Under the pieces are notes generated by a model that was given only the letters and a program-made list of their open reading frames with translations, was not told where the DNA came from and made no database searches. Shown here piece after piece: positions 1 to 10,227 of a stretch of DNA of 20,000 nucleotides. Where the stretch lies: positions 54,863 through 74,862 of IMG/VR virus record IMGVR_UViG_3300042374_001628. The stretch is one strand, 5' to 3'. Position numbers and translations under genes: made by a program. Within the stretch, counting starts at the first letter, position 1. Each line of letters starts with the position of its first letter. The DNA is from an uncultured virus (IMG/VR IMGVR_UViG_3300042374_001628). Taxonomy: Duplodnaviria; Heunggongvirae; Uroviricota; Caudoviricetes.

Positions 1-285
1 CTCTAGCGCGCTTTTAACTCTAAAATTATTTTGTATATAAATAACCTGCTCTTCTGTTAAATCAATAAATCCTTTTAAAATAACCGTTCTTGTTTTAAAT
101 TTCAGCCCACTCTCTTTGCAGAAGGCTTTAATTGCCCTAGCTTCTTTTGTTTTTCCATCCAGAGCATCATTTTCAAAAACACTCTTGACAATGTTTGAAA
201 GTTCAGGCTCCAAATCTACAGAAAAAAAATCAAGCACTTTCTTTTTGTGCTCTTCAGAAAGTTCAAAATTTACTGAATCAGACAT
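1..285 (-). CDS. Hypothetical phage protein, runs off the window's left edge (MSDSVNFELSEEHKKKVLDFF...QNNFRVKSALE)
   Basis: Translated by hand; not in the ORF track because it is truncated. ATG at 285 lies 1 nt after the stop of the sigma-like gene, and the frame is open for 95 codons to the window edge. Confidence 0.8.
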   Translation of the reverse strand, partial: MSDSVNFELSEEHKKKVLDFFSVDLEPELSNIVKSVFENDALDGKTKEARAIKAFCKESGLKFKTRTVILKGFIDLTEEQVIYIQNNFRVKSALE

Positions 286-286
286 A

Positions 287-970
287 TTACATTATCATTT
301 CTTTGACAATTTTCTTTGCTTTTATTACAATCTGCGCTCTTATTTTTTTAACAAATTTATATCCAGTTTTTGTAGATCCATTTTTATAACCAAGCATTGT
401 TATAACTTCTGTTTCTGGATATCCATCTACAAATAAATATGTATAAACCTTTTGCTGAACTGGCGTTAAAGATTTTAACATTTCGCTATGAACTTTTGGA
501 ACAAACGATTCAAAATCAAAACCGCTGGAATCTGATGCGCGAGCATCAAACTCATTGCCCTCACCAAAAATTCTTTCATCATTTACGCTAACTGGCAACT
601 TAACATCATAAGCATGTTTCTTTGTTTTCTCCCATTTTGCATAATCAGCACATTTAGAAGATTGAACATTATATAATTTACAATTATTTCCGCCAGCATT
701 ATGTGGACAATTTAAGCATGGTCGGGCATAGTTAGAGTAATTATTTCTAACAAGATTTATAATCTGATTTGTAATAACAGTATTTAGCCACGGAAGTAGC
801 GCCATCTCTGGATTCCACTTTTCCCATTTTTTAAAAATATGCAGTCTTAACTTTTGCTCTACATCATTAAAATCCATCCATGCAATGGATGTTAATTTCC
901 ACTGAGAACGTCTTTTAGCTATCTCTTGATTTATTATATCCAAGCAGGACTCGAAAGATGGGCGTTCCAT
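287..970 (-). CDS. Phage sigma70/ECF-like RNA polymerase sigma factor with a Cys4 insert
   Basis: Region-2-like segment (DFNDVEQKLRLHIFKKW...WLNTVITNQIINLVR) and region-4 HTH-like segment (LTPVQQKVY...GYPETEVITMLGY). C85-x2-C88-x8-C97-x9-C107 lies between them. Confidence 0.7.
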   Translation of the reverse strand: MERPSFESCLDIINQEIAKRRSQWKLTSIAWMDFNDVEQKLRLHIFKKWEKWNPEMALLPWLNTVITNQIINLVRNNYSNYARPCLNCPHNAGGNNCKLYNVQSSKCADYAKWEKTKKHAYDVKLPVSVNDERIFGEGNEFDARASDSSGFDFESFVPKVHSEMLKSLTPVQQKVYTYLFVDGYPETEVITMLGYKNGSTKTGYKFVKKIRAQIVIKAKKIVKEMIM

Positions 971-972
971 AC

Positions 973-1446
973 TTATTCTTCGTTATCTATCATATCAATA
1001 TTATTTTGATAATTTCGACCTGACATCTTAGCTTCAGAAACAAAACTTTCAGGTAGTGTTTTTGCTATTTTTTTTCTTCCACGCTTTTGCTTCGCTGATT
1101 GCTTTATAGATGTAGATTGTTTTTTCTGGCTTGGCTCATCTGATACTAAATCGCCAAGCCTAATTCCGTTGCTTTGATTATTTTTTTCTATATTTACATC
1201 AAGGCCACGCATTGAACTATAATCACCAATAATTTCAGGATCAAATACTTCATCCACATGATCAACGCTATCCTTTTTATTTACAGCGATTGGATTTGTT
1301 ATATTAACTTGAAATTGATTTGATTTAATAATACTTGTTTGCGGTGCCACAATAGAAAATGAAGACCCACAATGAGAACAAAATTTTGGTTTTTGAAATT
1401 GGTAAAGGTTTTTACCGCCACACTTTGGACAAAAATAACTTAACAT
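973..1446 (-). CDS. Zinc-ribbon domain protein
   Basis: N-terminal CPKCG...CSHCG; low-complexity charged C-terminus; tightly packed with neighbouring genes. Confidence 0.75.
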   Translation of the reverse strand: MLSYFCPKCGGKNLYQFQKPKFCSHCGSSFSIVAPQTSIIKSNQFQVNITNPIAVNKKDSVDHVDEVFDPEIIGDYSSMRGLDVNIEKNNQSNGIRLGDLVSDEPSQKKQSTSIKQSAKQKRGRKKIAKTLPESFVSEAKMSGRNYQNNIDMIDNEE

Positions 1447-1513
1447 AATTAAAATAAATTTATTATGTATTATTCTACAAAATAATAGAATAAAAATCTA
1501 ATTTTAATTTATT

Positions 1514-2365
1514 TTATAATTTTTGGCTTGGGCACCAGCTATCTTGATAAACTTGAGAAATGTTTGTGCTATGAGCTTTAGTTTTCTTTTCTTTTTCTTT
1601 TTCAGCTAATTTGATTGCATCTTCTTTTTTGCGCTCTGTTATTTTTTTAACCACAAATTTGCAAAGCTCAGATCTTAAAATATCATCCTCTGTAAATTGA
1701 AAATGATGGATTCCCATCCTTTTTGATTCTTCGCATGAGAATAATTCAACAATTTTATCAAAAGCACCCTGTTTATTAAATGGAAGATCTGACTGCGATG
1801 AATCTGCACATATAATCATTTTTGTAAATTTTCCAATTCTTGTAAGTAATGTGGCAAACTCTGATAATGTGGCGTTTTGCATTTCGTCCATAAGCACTAC
1901 CCTTGCTGCAAAACTCAGTCCACGACAAAAGTTAATAGGCTGATTTGTAATTCTATTATCTGTTTTTAATCTTTTTATCTGATCAATTGGCAAAAGTTCT
2001 TCTAGCTTGTCAGCAAATGGCATCATATAGACATCATATTTAGATTGCAGATCGCCAGGCAAATATCCAAGCTTTGAATCGGCACTTTCTACAGCCGCTC
2101 TAACACATATAATATCAGAGACCTTTTTATCATTTAACATTTGAAGTGCGGCCCTAACAGCAATTAATGTTTTGGATGAGCCAGCTGGTCCACTTACAAA
2201 AACAATTCTGGCTTCTTTATTATTAATTAAATTAAAAAATTCTTTTTGCTTGCTAGTCCACTCCAACTCTCTTACTTTTAATTCAAAATCAATTTTGTCT
2301 CTTTGATATATTTTTGGACTTTTATCCTCAATACGTACCTTTTTACTTCTTTTTTGATGTGACAT
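1514..2365 (-). CDS. phoH: PhoH-like ATPase
   Basis: Walker A variant GPAGSSKT, LGYLPGD motif, Walker B DEMQN, TRIG, QSDL and DILRS motifs typical of PhoH. Confidence 0.93.
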   Translation of the reverse strand: MSHQKRSKKVRIEDKSPKIYQRDKIDFELKVRELEWTSKQKEFFNLINNKEARIVFVSGPAGSSKTLIAVRAALQMLNDKKVSDIICVRAAVESADSKLGYLPGDLQSKYDVYMMPFADKLEELLPIDQIKRLKTDNRITNQPINFCRGLSFAARVVLMDEMQNATLSEFATLLTRIGKFTKMIICADSSQSDLPFNKQGAFDKIVELFSCEESKRMGIHHFQFTEDDILRSELCKFVVKKITERKKEDAIKLAEKEKEKKTKAHSTNISQVYQDSWCPSQKL

Positions 2366-2486
2366 ACGCTTAATAGCAATTACATTGTTTTAATTACAAA
2401 TAATATCATTTTTCATTTAATTGAATAATTAATATTTAAATTTATAATATAGGTGTATCGCGCTATAAGATCTGTAATATTTACCA

Positions 2487-3683
2487 ATGCCAACAAATTT
2501 TCAACAGTCAAAAGATGTTCTTCACCCATTAGCGTTTGAATTTATAAATAAATGTAAAAATTTAAATGCCCAGCTCGATGCATCCGAAATAAATGCAATT
2601 GATTTTTTAACAAGGCAACTTTTACAAAACAATCTTTGGGATAAATTCAAAGCAATATACCCATTTGTTGGAAAAAGCTCACAAACACATTCTTTAAATT
2701 TAAAAAATTTACAGAGGCATACTATAGTGTGGTATAATCAAAATGATTTAAAACACGATAAATTTGGAGTTACAAATAGCAATATTGGATATGGCAACAC
2801 TATGGTTGCCCCAAGCTGGTTTAGTGATAATGATATACATATATCAGTATATAACTCGACGTATTGGCAAAACACAAATGATACCGCTCCAATAATAGGA
2901 TCTTCACCCGCAAGTGACCCGACTAAGGGATGGATGCATACAATTTACTTAAGGTCATTAGCTCCTATTTTAAATTCACAAATAAATACATTATGGGACA
3001 GGGCACCAATCTTCACCTATTCCTGTGGTTATTCATCCAATTCATCAGTGAGATTTGCAGGAACAGATGGTTCAGAGTTTCAACATGTAGAAACGTATGG
3101 TTTTATTGTTGGTGTAAATGGCATAAAATGCTATGTGAATGGAAATTTATATGGAAGACAGGGGGTAATTAACGATGTCTCAACGCAACCAATAAATCAA
3201 GTATCAACCAGAACTGTAAATGGAAATACCGCTCAAATACCAAACATATCTCAATTTCCATTCTTGTTATTCACAAATGGCAGATTCACGTCTACTAATG
3301 GACAAGCAAGGGCAAATATAAGATTTGCAAGTATTGGATATGAATTAACAGATCAAGAGAATAAAGTTTTATATAATATTATTCAAGAGTTCCAAAAAAT
3401 ACTTGGAAGAAGTGTTGAGCCAATAATATTAAAAACATTCCAGCAAAATCTTATAGACCAATATTTAACATTAAATATTAAAATAAATAAAATTTTTATA
3501 CAACCAACAAAGCCATATCGTGAATATTTAAATATTGAAATGCCACCAAAACAACAAAAGAAAATAAATGCGCTTTCAGCAAGCGTAGATATTTCAAGAA
3601 TCGAAGTTTTCGGCCCAGTGCGGGTATTTTGCGCAGATACTTCAAAAACAACCGTATCAATACAGTCTTTAGTAGAATTATAA
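2487..3683 (+). CDS. Putative virion/tail-associated protein, paralog family X
   Basis: 398-aa ORF. Shares LW(D/E)KFxAxYPFVG and RANIxFASIGYxL motifs with 6836..7702, and more weakly with the C-terminus of 10228..14013. Confidence 0.6.
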   Translation: MPTNFQQSKDVLHPLAFEFINKCKNLNAQLDASEINAIDFLTRQLLQNNLWDKFKAIYPFVGKSSQTHSLNLKNLQRHTIVWYNQNDLKHDKFGVTNSNIGYGNTMVAPSWFSDNDIHISVYNSTYWQNTNDTAPIIGSSPASDPTKGWMHTIYLRSLAPILNSQINTLWDRAPIFTYSCGYSSNSSVRFAGTDGSEFQHVETYGFIVGVNGIKCYVNGNLYGRQGVINDVSTQPINQVSTRTVNGNTAQIPNISQFPFLLFTNGRFTSTNGQARANIRFASIGYELTDQENKVLYNIIQEFQKILGRSVEPIILKTFQQNLIDQYLTLNIKINKIFIQPTKPYREYLNIEMPPKQQKKINALSASVDISRIEVFGPVRVFCADTSKTTVSIQSLVEL

Positions 3684-4802
3684 ATGAATATTTTAGTCAA
3701 ACAATTTCAAGAATTTTATAAAGAACCACAAACCAAAGTGTGTGGAAAATGGAATATTTCTATTTTAGATAGAAACGGTAACGAATCTTTTCCATTTGGA
3801 AAAGAAATGAAAAAAAATCTGATATTAAATCAAGGCTTAGATCTGTTAATTGCTGGCAAATATTATGGCGAATATTCAATTTTTAACTGGAATACAATAC
3901 CATCATTTTTAATTGGTGGCGCTGTATATGGAAACGGATTGCTGCCAGCAAATGAATCTGACATATCATTAACAAATGAAATTGCAGAAACTTCTATAAT
4001 TAATGATGATTCTTGTAGCATTACAGATAATTATACGAACGGAACGCGCACGTACAGAAAGGTATATGACTTTCCAACAATAGAGATTGGAGATCCGAAT
4101 ACTCAAATTAGTGAAGTTGGCCTATTTTCAAACTGGCGAAATAATAAAACTCTTTTTTCAAAATTTCTTTTACCAAGAGTTTTGCGGCTAGATTATGGGC
4201 AATGGATTAGATTATTTTATGATTTTACAATTGGTTCGGATATGATTGTAACCCCAAATAATATTAATTTATCGTCAGGCAGTTTTAACGCGTCTGGTTT
4301 AATGAAATTATGCGGAAGATTTGATGATATATTTGGCAGTTTTGATGCGAATGGGAACCCTGTAATTGTTTTCGGAGATTCTCCTCGTGCTTCTTTTATA
4401 CCATTTTATGAAAATTTTTGCGCCGAGATATCCACATGTCAAACAGAATGTTTTGGAACCGCATATTTGTTAGCGCCAGGGATAAGCAACTTTAACGATA
4501 CAAACACAAAAATCATATCCGAATGGATTGGCAATAGATTAGAAAAAAATTTAAATACAATAAATCCATCAGAATATATAGATGGAAATTTTTATAGAGA
4601 TATTGAATATATATTTGATTATAATAATCCAATTTATAATGAATTAACTGAAGGAATATTATTTACAGTCCTTCGTGGTTCTGATACTAGCCCAAGACAA
4701 AACACAATTGATGGGTGGTTGTGGAAATTTAATAATGGTCAAATTAAACAATCATCAAAAAAAATTGTAATAGGATTAAGACAATCTATAAATAGAATAT
4801 AA
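3684..4802 (+). CDS. Putative tail/baseplate-associated structural protein, paralog family Y
   Basis: 372 aa; abuts the upstream gene (TAAATG). Motifs GxWxI..NG..P.G..KKNLIL, RTYxKVYDF, GxxKLxG and WxWKFN are shared with 4803..6839 and 14081..15376. Confidence 0.6.
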   Translation: MNILVKQFQEFYKEPQTKVCGKWNISILDRNGNESFPFGKEMKKNLILNQGLDLLIAGKYYGEYSIFNWNTIPSFLIGGAVYGNGLLPANESDISLTNEIAETSIINDDSCSITDNYTNGTRTYRKVYDFPTIEIGDPNTQISEVGLFSNWRNNKTLFSKFLLPRVLRLDYGQWIRLFYDFTIGSDMIVTPNNINLSSGSFNASGLMKLCGRFDDIFGSFDANGNPVIVFGDSPRASFIPFYENFCAEISTCQTECFGTAYLLAPGISNFNDTNTKIISEWIGNRLEKNLNTINPSEYIDGNFYRDIEYIFDYNNPIYNELTEGILFTVLRGSDTSPRQNTIDGWLWKFNNGQIKQSSKKIVIGLRQSINRI

Positions 4803-6839
4803 ATGAATACCGCGAATATAAATACATATTTTGGTGCAAAGTGGAATATCGAAGTATGTAAGTCTGGTGAAAATGGTATAGAATCTTATTTTCCATTAGG
4901 TGAAAAACTTAAAAATAATATGATTCTAGATCATTGGCTAGAATCACTTATTTATTTATATTCTCCTTCTGGTGGGGCAGTAAAGGCATATTGCGATAAT
5001 GGGCTATCATTGGCAGGAATAACAAGAGGAGCAATGCATATAGGTGCAGGTTCCATCCCGCCAAACTATCAACAAACTGGATTACAAATTCCATTAAAAT
5101 CAACTTCATATATAAGGCCATTTTTTAATCAATGCACGGGCATTTATTATCCAGAATCAGGCATGGCCGTTATTAGTAAAAATTACGACTTTGGTATTGA
5201 AAATAATATAGTAACTTATTCAGAAGCTGGATTTCGGCCTGGCATTGCTGATGCGTTACCTACCGGAAAAAGAAATTGGCTATGGTCAAGATTTGTATTT
5301 ACTAAAGAGACTGGAGTTTCTGGATATATATATGCAAACAGCGGAAGTATGGGAATTACTGGAATGGATCTTAGCGGTGTATTTGTAGATAATAATCAGT
5401 ATGATTTAAGAAAACCAACGGATCCACTTTATAATGGACTTAGTGGATTGCCATCATTTGAATTGGGATGGAGATATAACTGGCCAGAAAATTCTGGTAT
5501 GTTTTTAATTGATCAAAGCGGCAGCACTACAGGTTTTGTTTATAACCCTAAAAATATTACAGAGCTAGTAACTGGATTTATAAGTGGATATTTAAGTGGC
5601 GGAAATTTTTATCCATTTACATTATCATCTTATCCAGCAGAATCAAGTGGACTTAGTGGAATTTATTTGCAAGATGGGATAACAAATACTTTATATTTTT
5701 CATCTGGTGGATTTAATGAATTTTCTGGATTCACTGGAAAATATTTTAATACGAGTAGTGGATTTCAATACACTGGATTCGATCAAGGCTATTCTTTATA
5801 CGGTAGTGGTTTTTATCCAACTAGCGGGATATTAACTGGTAGCATGACAGGAATTATTGGCTCAAGAAACGTACTAAAACTTGACGGGTATATTACAGGA
5901 ACTATTGGATTTAAAAATATTACAAACCCAATAACTTTAAGCACAGGAGAATTTTTAAAATTAAGATATGATGTTTATATGCAGATACCTGCAATAGTTA
6001 ACCCAATTTTAGTTACCGGCGACGATATAACTCATGGAGAATTTAACGGAAGCGGTCAATTAAAACTAATAGGCAAACAAACAAGCATGTTTGGCACAAT
6101 CGATGGGGATGGAAAAGTTACCCCAGGTATTGGAATTTGGTGGCCACTTCATAGAACAAACTATTCAAAATATAGCCGAAGCCAATGGGATAATCTGGCG
6201 GAACCAAATGCTCACTTATCTGCATTAATGGTAGCAAGTGGAGTTAGCGGTGGTGGGGTAAATTTTAATGACTCTTTTCCAGAAACAAACACAACCTCTC
6301 CAATTGTTAGCGCGCAGCTTGATGATGAAATACGTTTTTGTGATACTCTTGAGCCAAAAATTGGAGACTGTGGAACCGGACTAAATAAACGATCTTATTT
6401 TGAAAAACGATACTATTCAAGCAAAGGATTAATGCAAAGCCCTTCATGGCCACTATACTCACATTCTGGTGTGCGCGTGTACAATTATATAGCGCATAAC
6501 CGTCCATCTGCAATATGGCCAAAAAGCATAGATATTCAAATGATTTTTCCTGGACCTTATCCAAATCAAGATACTGGAATTAATGGTTTTTCTATATGTG
6601 GCGCATCAGAAGGAACGGTTTGCGGTGGAAGAACCATTGCGGATGGTCAAGGAAACGCATATAGACCCGAGCAATACATTAAGCCTACTTTATACGAAAA
6701 TACAGGGGCGTATCTTGATTGCGGATTAACACTTCCATACTCTGCGTGGTATTATAAATTCAACAATCCACAAATGAAATATGAAGATCAAATAATTAAT
6801 TTATATTTAACATTTTCTTTGGATAGAATAACTGTATGA
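4803..6839 (+). CDS. Putative structural protein, family Y, with internal Ser/Thr-Gly repeat insert
   Basis: 678 aa. Family Y motifs plus an approximately 210-aa SG/TG-rich insert at about 5301-5927. Confidence 0.6.
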   Translation: MNTANINTYFGAKWNIEVCKSGENGIESYFPLGEKLKNNMILDHWLESLIYLYSPSGGAVKAYCDNGLSLAGITRGAMHIGAGSIPPNYQQTGLQIPLKSTSYIRPFFNQCTGIYYPESGMAVISKNYDFGIENNIVTYSEAGFRPGIADALPTGKRNWLWSRFVFTKETGVSGYIYANSGSMGITGMDLSGVFVDNNQYDLRKPTDPLYNGLSGLPSFELGWRYNWPENSGMFLIDQSGSTTGFVYNPKNITELVTGFISGYLSGGNFYPFTLSSYPAESSGLSGIYLQDGITNTLYFSSGGFNEFSGFTGKYFNTSSGFQYTGFDQGYSLYGSGFYPTSGILTGSMTGIIGSRNVLKLDGYITGTIGFKNITNPITLSTGEFLKLRYDVYMQIPAIVNPILVTGDDITHGEFNGSGQLKLIGKQTSMFGTIDGDGKVTPGIGIWWPLHRTNYSKYSRSQWDNLAEPNAHLSALMVASGVSGGGVNFNDSFPETNTTSPIVSAQLDDEIRFCDTLEPKIGDCGTGLNKRSYFEKRYYSSKGLMQSPSWPLYSHSGVRVYNYIAHNRPSAIWPKSIDIQMIFPGPYPNQDTGINGFSICGASEGTVCGGRTIADGQGNAYRPEQYIKPTLYENTGAYLDCGLTLPYSAWYYKFNNPQMKYEDQIINLYLTFSLDRITV

Positions 6840-7702
6840 TTATAGCCAATCAAAGATCTTCTGAAAAGCATAAATTCATACTTGTAGCCAATCAGTATTT
6901 TTCGCTAATTAATAAGCCACGAAACCTTCCAACTTACCAAATAGGGGCAATAACAGAATTGATAAACGCACTGTACGAATCAAATTTATGGGAAAAATTT
7001 GTTGCAGTATATCCATTCGTTGGCGATGGTAGTTCTGAAAAAAACAGTTTAAATTTAATAGATCCATATAAATATAAAATTAGCTGGAGCGGATCTATTA
7101 TATTTAATAAATTTGGTATTAATGGAAATGGTGGGATAGGATTGACAGGAATTAAATTGGTTGATTTAAGCGATTTTACAAACGTTCATTTAAGCGCGTA
7201 TACGCGCACAGCAATAACCAATACTATTGGGCGAGGAAGACTTATTGGGGCAAATACACAAAATAGACTTGTTGCCATAAGAGACGTTGGCGCGCTAGAA
7301 ATAAATTATAATAAAGAAAATGGTATAGTTGGATTTGTTTATAATGTGCTAAACAATAGCGGTGGATTTGGTATGATTTATGAAAATATGTTAAATAATT
7401 CAATTTCTGGAAATGGCTTTTTAATAGCAAATAACAACAATAAAGAAAAAAAATACGCAAAATGTTATCTCAATGGTTCTATTTTTGGAGAGCAATTTCC
7501 ATTACTTCCAACAGAAATACACACAGCAAACCAGAGAACGTTAACAATATTTGGAGATGGGTATGAAAACCTAAACACATCACCACTACGAGCCAATATT
7601 GCATTTGCCAGTATTGGATACGGTCTTTCAGATAATGATATATTTAATTTTAATAAAATAGTACAATCTTTTCAGGTGGCAATGGATAGATCAGTAATGT
7701 AA
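6836..7702 (+). CDS. Putative virion/tail-associated protein, paralog family X
   Basis: 288 aa; ATGA overlap with the upstream gene. LWEKFVAVYPFVG and RANIAFASIGYGL motifs. Confidence 0.6.
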   Translation: MIIANQRSSEKHKFILVANQYFSLINKPRNLPTYQIGAITELINALYESNLWEKFVAVYPFVGDGSSEKNSLNLIDPYKYKISWSGSIIFNKFGINGNGGIGLTGIKLVDLSDFTNVHLSAYTRTAITNTIGRGRLIGANTQNRLVAIRDVGALEINYNKENGIVGFVYNVLNNSGGFGMIYENMLNNSISGNGFLIANNNNKEKKYAKCYLNGSIFGEQFPLLPTEIHTANQRTLTIFGDGYENLNTSPLRANIAFASIGYGLSDNDIFNFNKIVQSFQVAMDRSVM

Positions 7703-7710
7703 TAAAAATA

Positions 7711-10221
7711 ATGGCAAGCGTTTTTTCAATTGAGAGTATCAACCTAAATGGCGATATATTAACCGCAAATAATGGCAGTTTATATATTAACAATAATTTA
7801 GTAAAAAATACATCTGGAATACAACTTTCAGATAGATTTTTTATAAAAGGCTATGCTCCGATATCATTTTACTCCAAATGGCCACAGCAAGGAGATTATT
7901 TAAATGAAACGTATTTGAATGATTTTTTTATGGCTACTGGAATGCTTGTAACATGCAGCCAGCCAAGTACCGGAAATCAAATATTTTGGGGTGGATTTTA
8001 TCAACGCCCAGCATCATCATCAATAGATACAACTGTATTTGCAAACTTTGAATTACAACCAAAGCAAATCATACAGCATAACCCTATAAATTATAAAATT
8101 GAACGTGACAGAATTATAGGGCTAAATATATATAATGCACCCGAAGATATGCGCTCTATCTCAATTCATTTGTTGGGATATTTTCCAGCAGCAGCTCATT
8201 TTGATAGGATGCCTAAGCAAATTAATTTTTATGCAAAAAATGCTCCTATCTATGGAGACAGTATTCATGAAGAATATTCTCAATGGGATTCGCTATATAC
8301 TGGTGTTGGAATATACTGCTCAACGACTGGAATTGACAAATTAACATACACCCAACTAATAACTGGATATATTAGTGGCGTAGCTCAAAATGAACCATTA
8401 TATGTATTATCTAAAAGTTTAGCAAAACAAAAATGCGACCCATGCGATCCAGATATGGATTTTTCATCATGGAGTGGTTATTATTTAAATGAAAATAAAA
8501 TAAATTTTCCAACAGGAAATAATTTTTCTGGACTATCTGGGCAAAATGGATTTTCCAACACTTCTGGCTTTTCATATACAGGATTTCAAATATTAAACAA
8601 TCAAACAATATTAAATGGAATATATAGCGGCTACGGAGATTCACTATTTGGATCTGGGGAAATGTTGCAAAGTATAGGATGGAGAAGTGGGGCTTTTATA
8701 GAGCCAATATCTGGATTTGTAAGCGGCTATACTGATCAATACGGCACATTCAAACGCCTTTCCATTATTACCACTGGAGTTTCCGGCTCTGGGATAGATA
8801 CTGGAATATTTAGGCTAGACTTAACTGGGTTTGTAATTGGATCAAGTGGTTACTTTATTAATGGTAAAAAATATTTTTTTCCATCAGATAGGCCAATTTC
8901 TTATAATATAGTTGGTTTCATGAGTGGCTATATGGATTCTATCGGTCGATTTTCAGGTTTTCAAAATCTAAATATCATATCAGGATCAAGTGGATATTTT
9001 ATAAATACACCATCCGATTATGTGCAAGTATTTTTTCCTACTGGAAACTCTTTCAATAACTTTATTGGTATGTATGGAATTTATACTGGTAGCGGATACT
9101 CATCATATCATACTGGATTTTCATTTCCTCTTGGAAGTGGATTTTCTGGAATTGACGGGCTGACATCGAATACTTATGGCATTATGACTGGCATAATTGG
9201 AGCAGCAAACATTTTCATTCCATTTTCTGGATTTTCTGGACGACCAAATGTTGATATTGGTTTGGGCTTTGATTATAGCGGATTGCGAGGAGATTTATAC
9301 AAGACTTCATTTTCTGGACAAAGCTATGATGGTTTTGGATATACTGGTCAATTAATTTCTATATTTGGAAAAAGAAATGTTTCTGGGAGGCAAGACATAA
9401 CTGGCTTTGTTAGAACTGATGCAAAAATAAATTTTATACCCACAGCATCTTCACCAACAGTTTCTGGCATAAGTGGATACTATTTGGACAATAATATATA
9501 TAGATTTCCAATAGGCCCATTCTATCCGCCATATTATGAATTTCCAAAATTTGATGATAACCCTGCATTTACAAAGTACGGAAATAGTTATAGTGGATTC
9601 TATCCATTTGAAAGCGGGTTCAGCGGTTTTGGAGTTACTGGAATTAGAAAAGAATATATAATTGGGTTTATAAGTGGATACAAGGATGTATTTGAACAAT
9701 TTTTCCAATTTACAGGACCAAGTGGCAGTAGCGGATTTATAACTGGAAGTCAAAAATTTTTCTTTCCATCCGGTTCGCAATTTTCTGGATTTTCTGGATT
9801 TTCTGGATTTGATAATAATTTAGGATTTTTATATTCAGGCTTTAGCTCAAATCCTTATAGAAATGAAAATTTTATTGGAGATATTTATTCCACATCTGGA
9901 TCTGGAATAATCACTGGAATTGTTGGTTGGAGAAATGTTGAGTTTGTTACAAAAGAATATGGTACTGGAATAATGACAGGCTTTATTGGTAGTAGAAATG
10001 CCCCATACTCTGGCATATTGACTGGAAATTTTTACCATAAAGATAAATTTAGCAATAAAATAATTGGACCAAAATTTGGTTTAAATACTGGACAATTATA
10101 TAATGAATCATTTGGTATTGGATTTAAAGTTCCTTATGGAAATAGGGTAGGAATTGATTTGTACAATCCACTATCTGGAATATCAGACATAAATATAACT
10201 ATGTTTGGTTACTATGAATAA
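7711..10221 (+). CDS. Putative structural (fibre-like) protein with a duplicated domain and long SG/TG repeat region
   Basis: 836 aa; Gly/Ser/Phe-rich, with recurring ITGYISG, FPxGxxFSG and TGIIGxRN motifs. Confidence 0.6.
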   Translation: MASVFSIESINLNGDILTANNGSLYINNNLVKNTSGIQLSDRFFIKGYAPISFYSKWPQQGDYLNETYLNDFFMATGMLVTCSQPSTGNQIFWGGFYQRPASSSIDTTVFANFELQPKQIIQHNPINYKIERDRIIGLNIYNAPEDMRSISIHLLGYFPAAAHFDRMPKQINFYAKNAPIYGDSIHEEYSQWDSLYTGVGIYCSTTGIDKLTYTQLITGYISGVAQNEPLYVLSKSLAKQKCDPCDPDMDFSSWSGYYLNENKINFPTGNNFSGLSGQNGFSNTSGFSYTGFQILNNQTILNGIYSGYGDSLFGSGEMLQSIGWRSGAFIEPISGFVSGYTDQYGTFKRLSIITTGVSGSGIDTGIFRLDLTGFVIGSSGYFINGKKYFFPSDRPISYNIVGFMSGYMDSIGRFSGFQNLNIISGSSGYFINTPSDYVQVFFPTGNSFNNFIGMYGIYTGSGYSSYHTGFSFPLGSGFSGIDGLTSNTYGIMTGIIGAANIFIPFSGFSGRPNVDIGLGFDYSGLRGDLYKTSFSGQSYDGFGYTGQLISIFGKRNVSGRQDITGFVRTDAKINFIPTASSPTVSGISGYYLDNNIYRFPIGPFYPPYYEFPKFDDNPAFTKYGNSYSGFYPFESGFSGFGVTGIRKEYIIGFISGYKDVFEQFFQFTGPSGSSGFITGSQKFFFPSGSQFSGFSGFSGFDNNLGFLYSGFSSNPYRNENFIGDIYSTSGSGIITGIVGWRNVEFVTKEYGTGIMTGFIGSRNAPYSGILTGNFYHKDKFSNKIIGPKFGLNTGQLYNESFGIGFKVPYGNRVGIDLYNPLSGISDINITMFGYYE

Positions 10222-10227
10222 TATGTT

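Noticed and set aside
9781..9807. (TTTTCTGGA)x3 as a phase-variable tract
   Set aside because: In-frame 9-nt unit encoding FSG; it is explained by the protein repeat.
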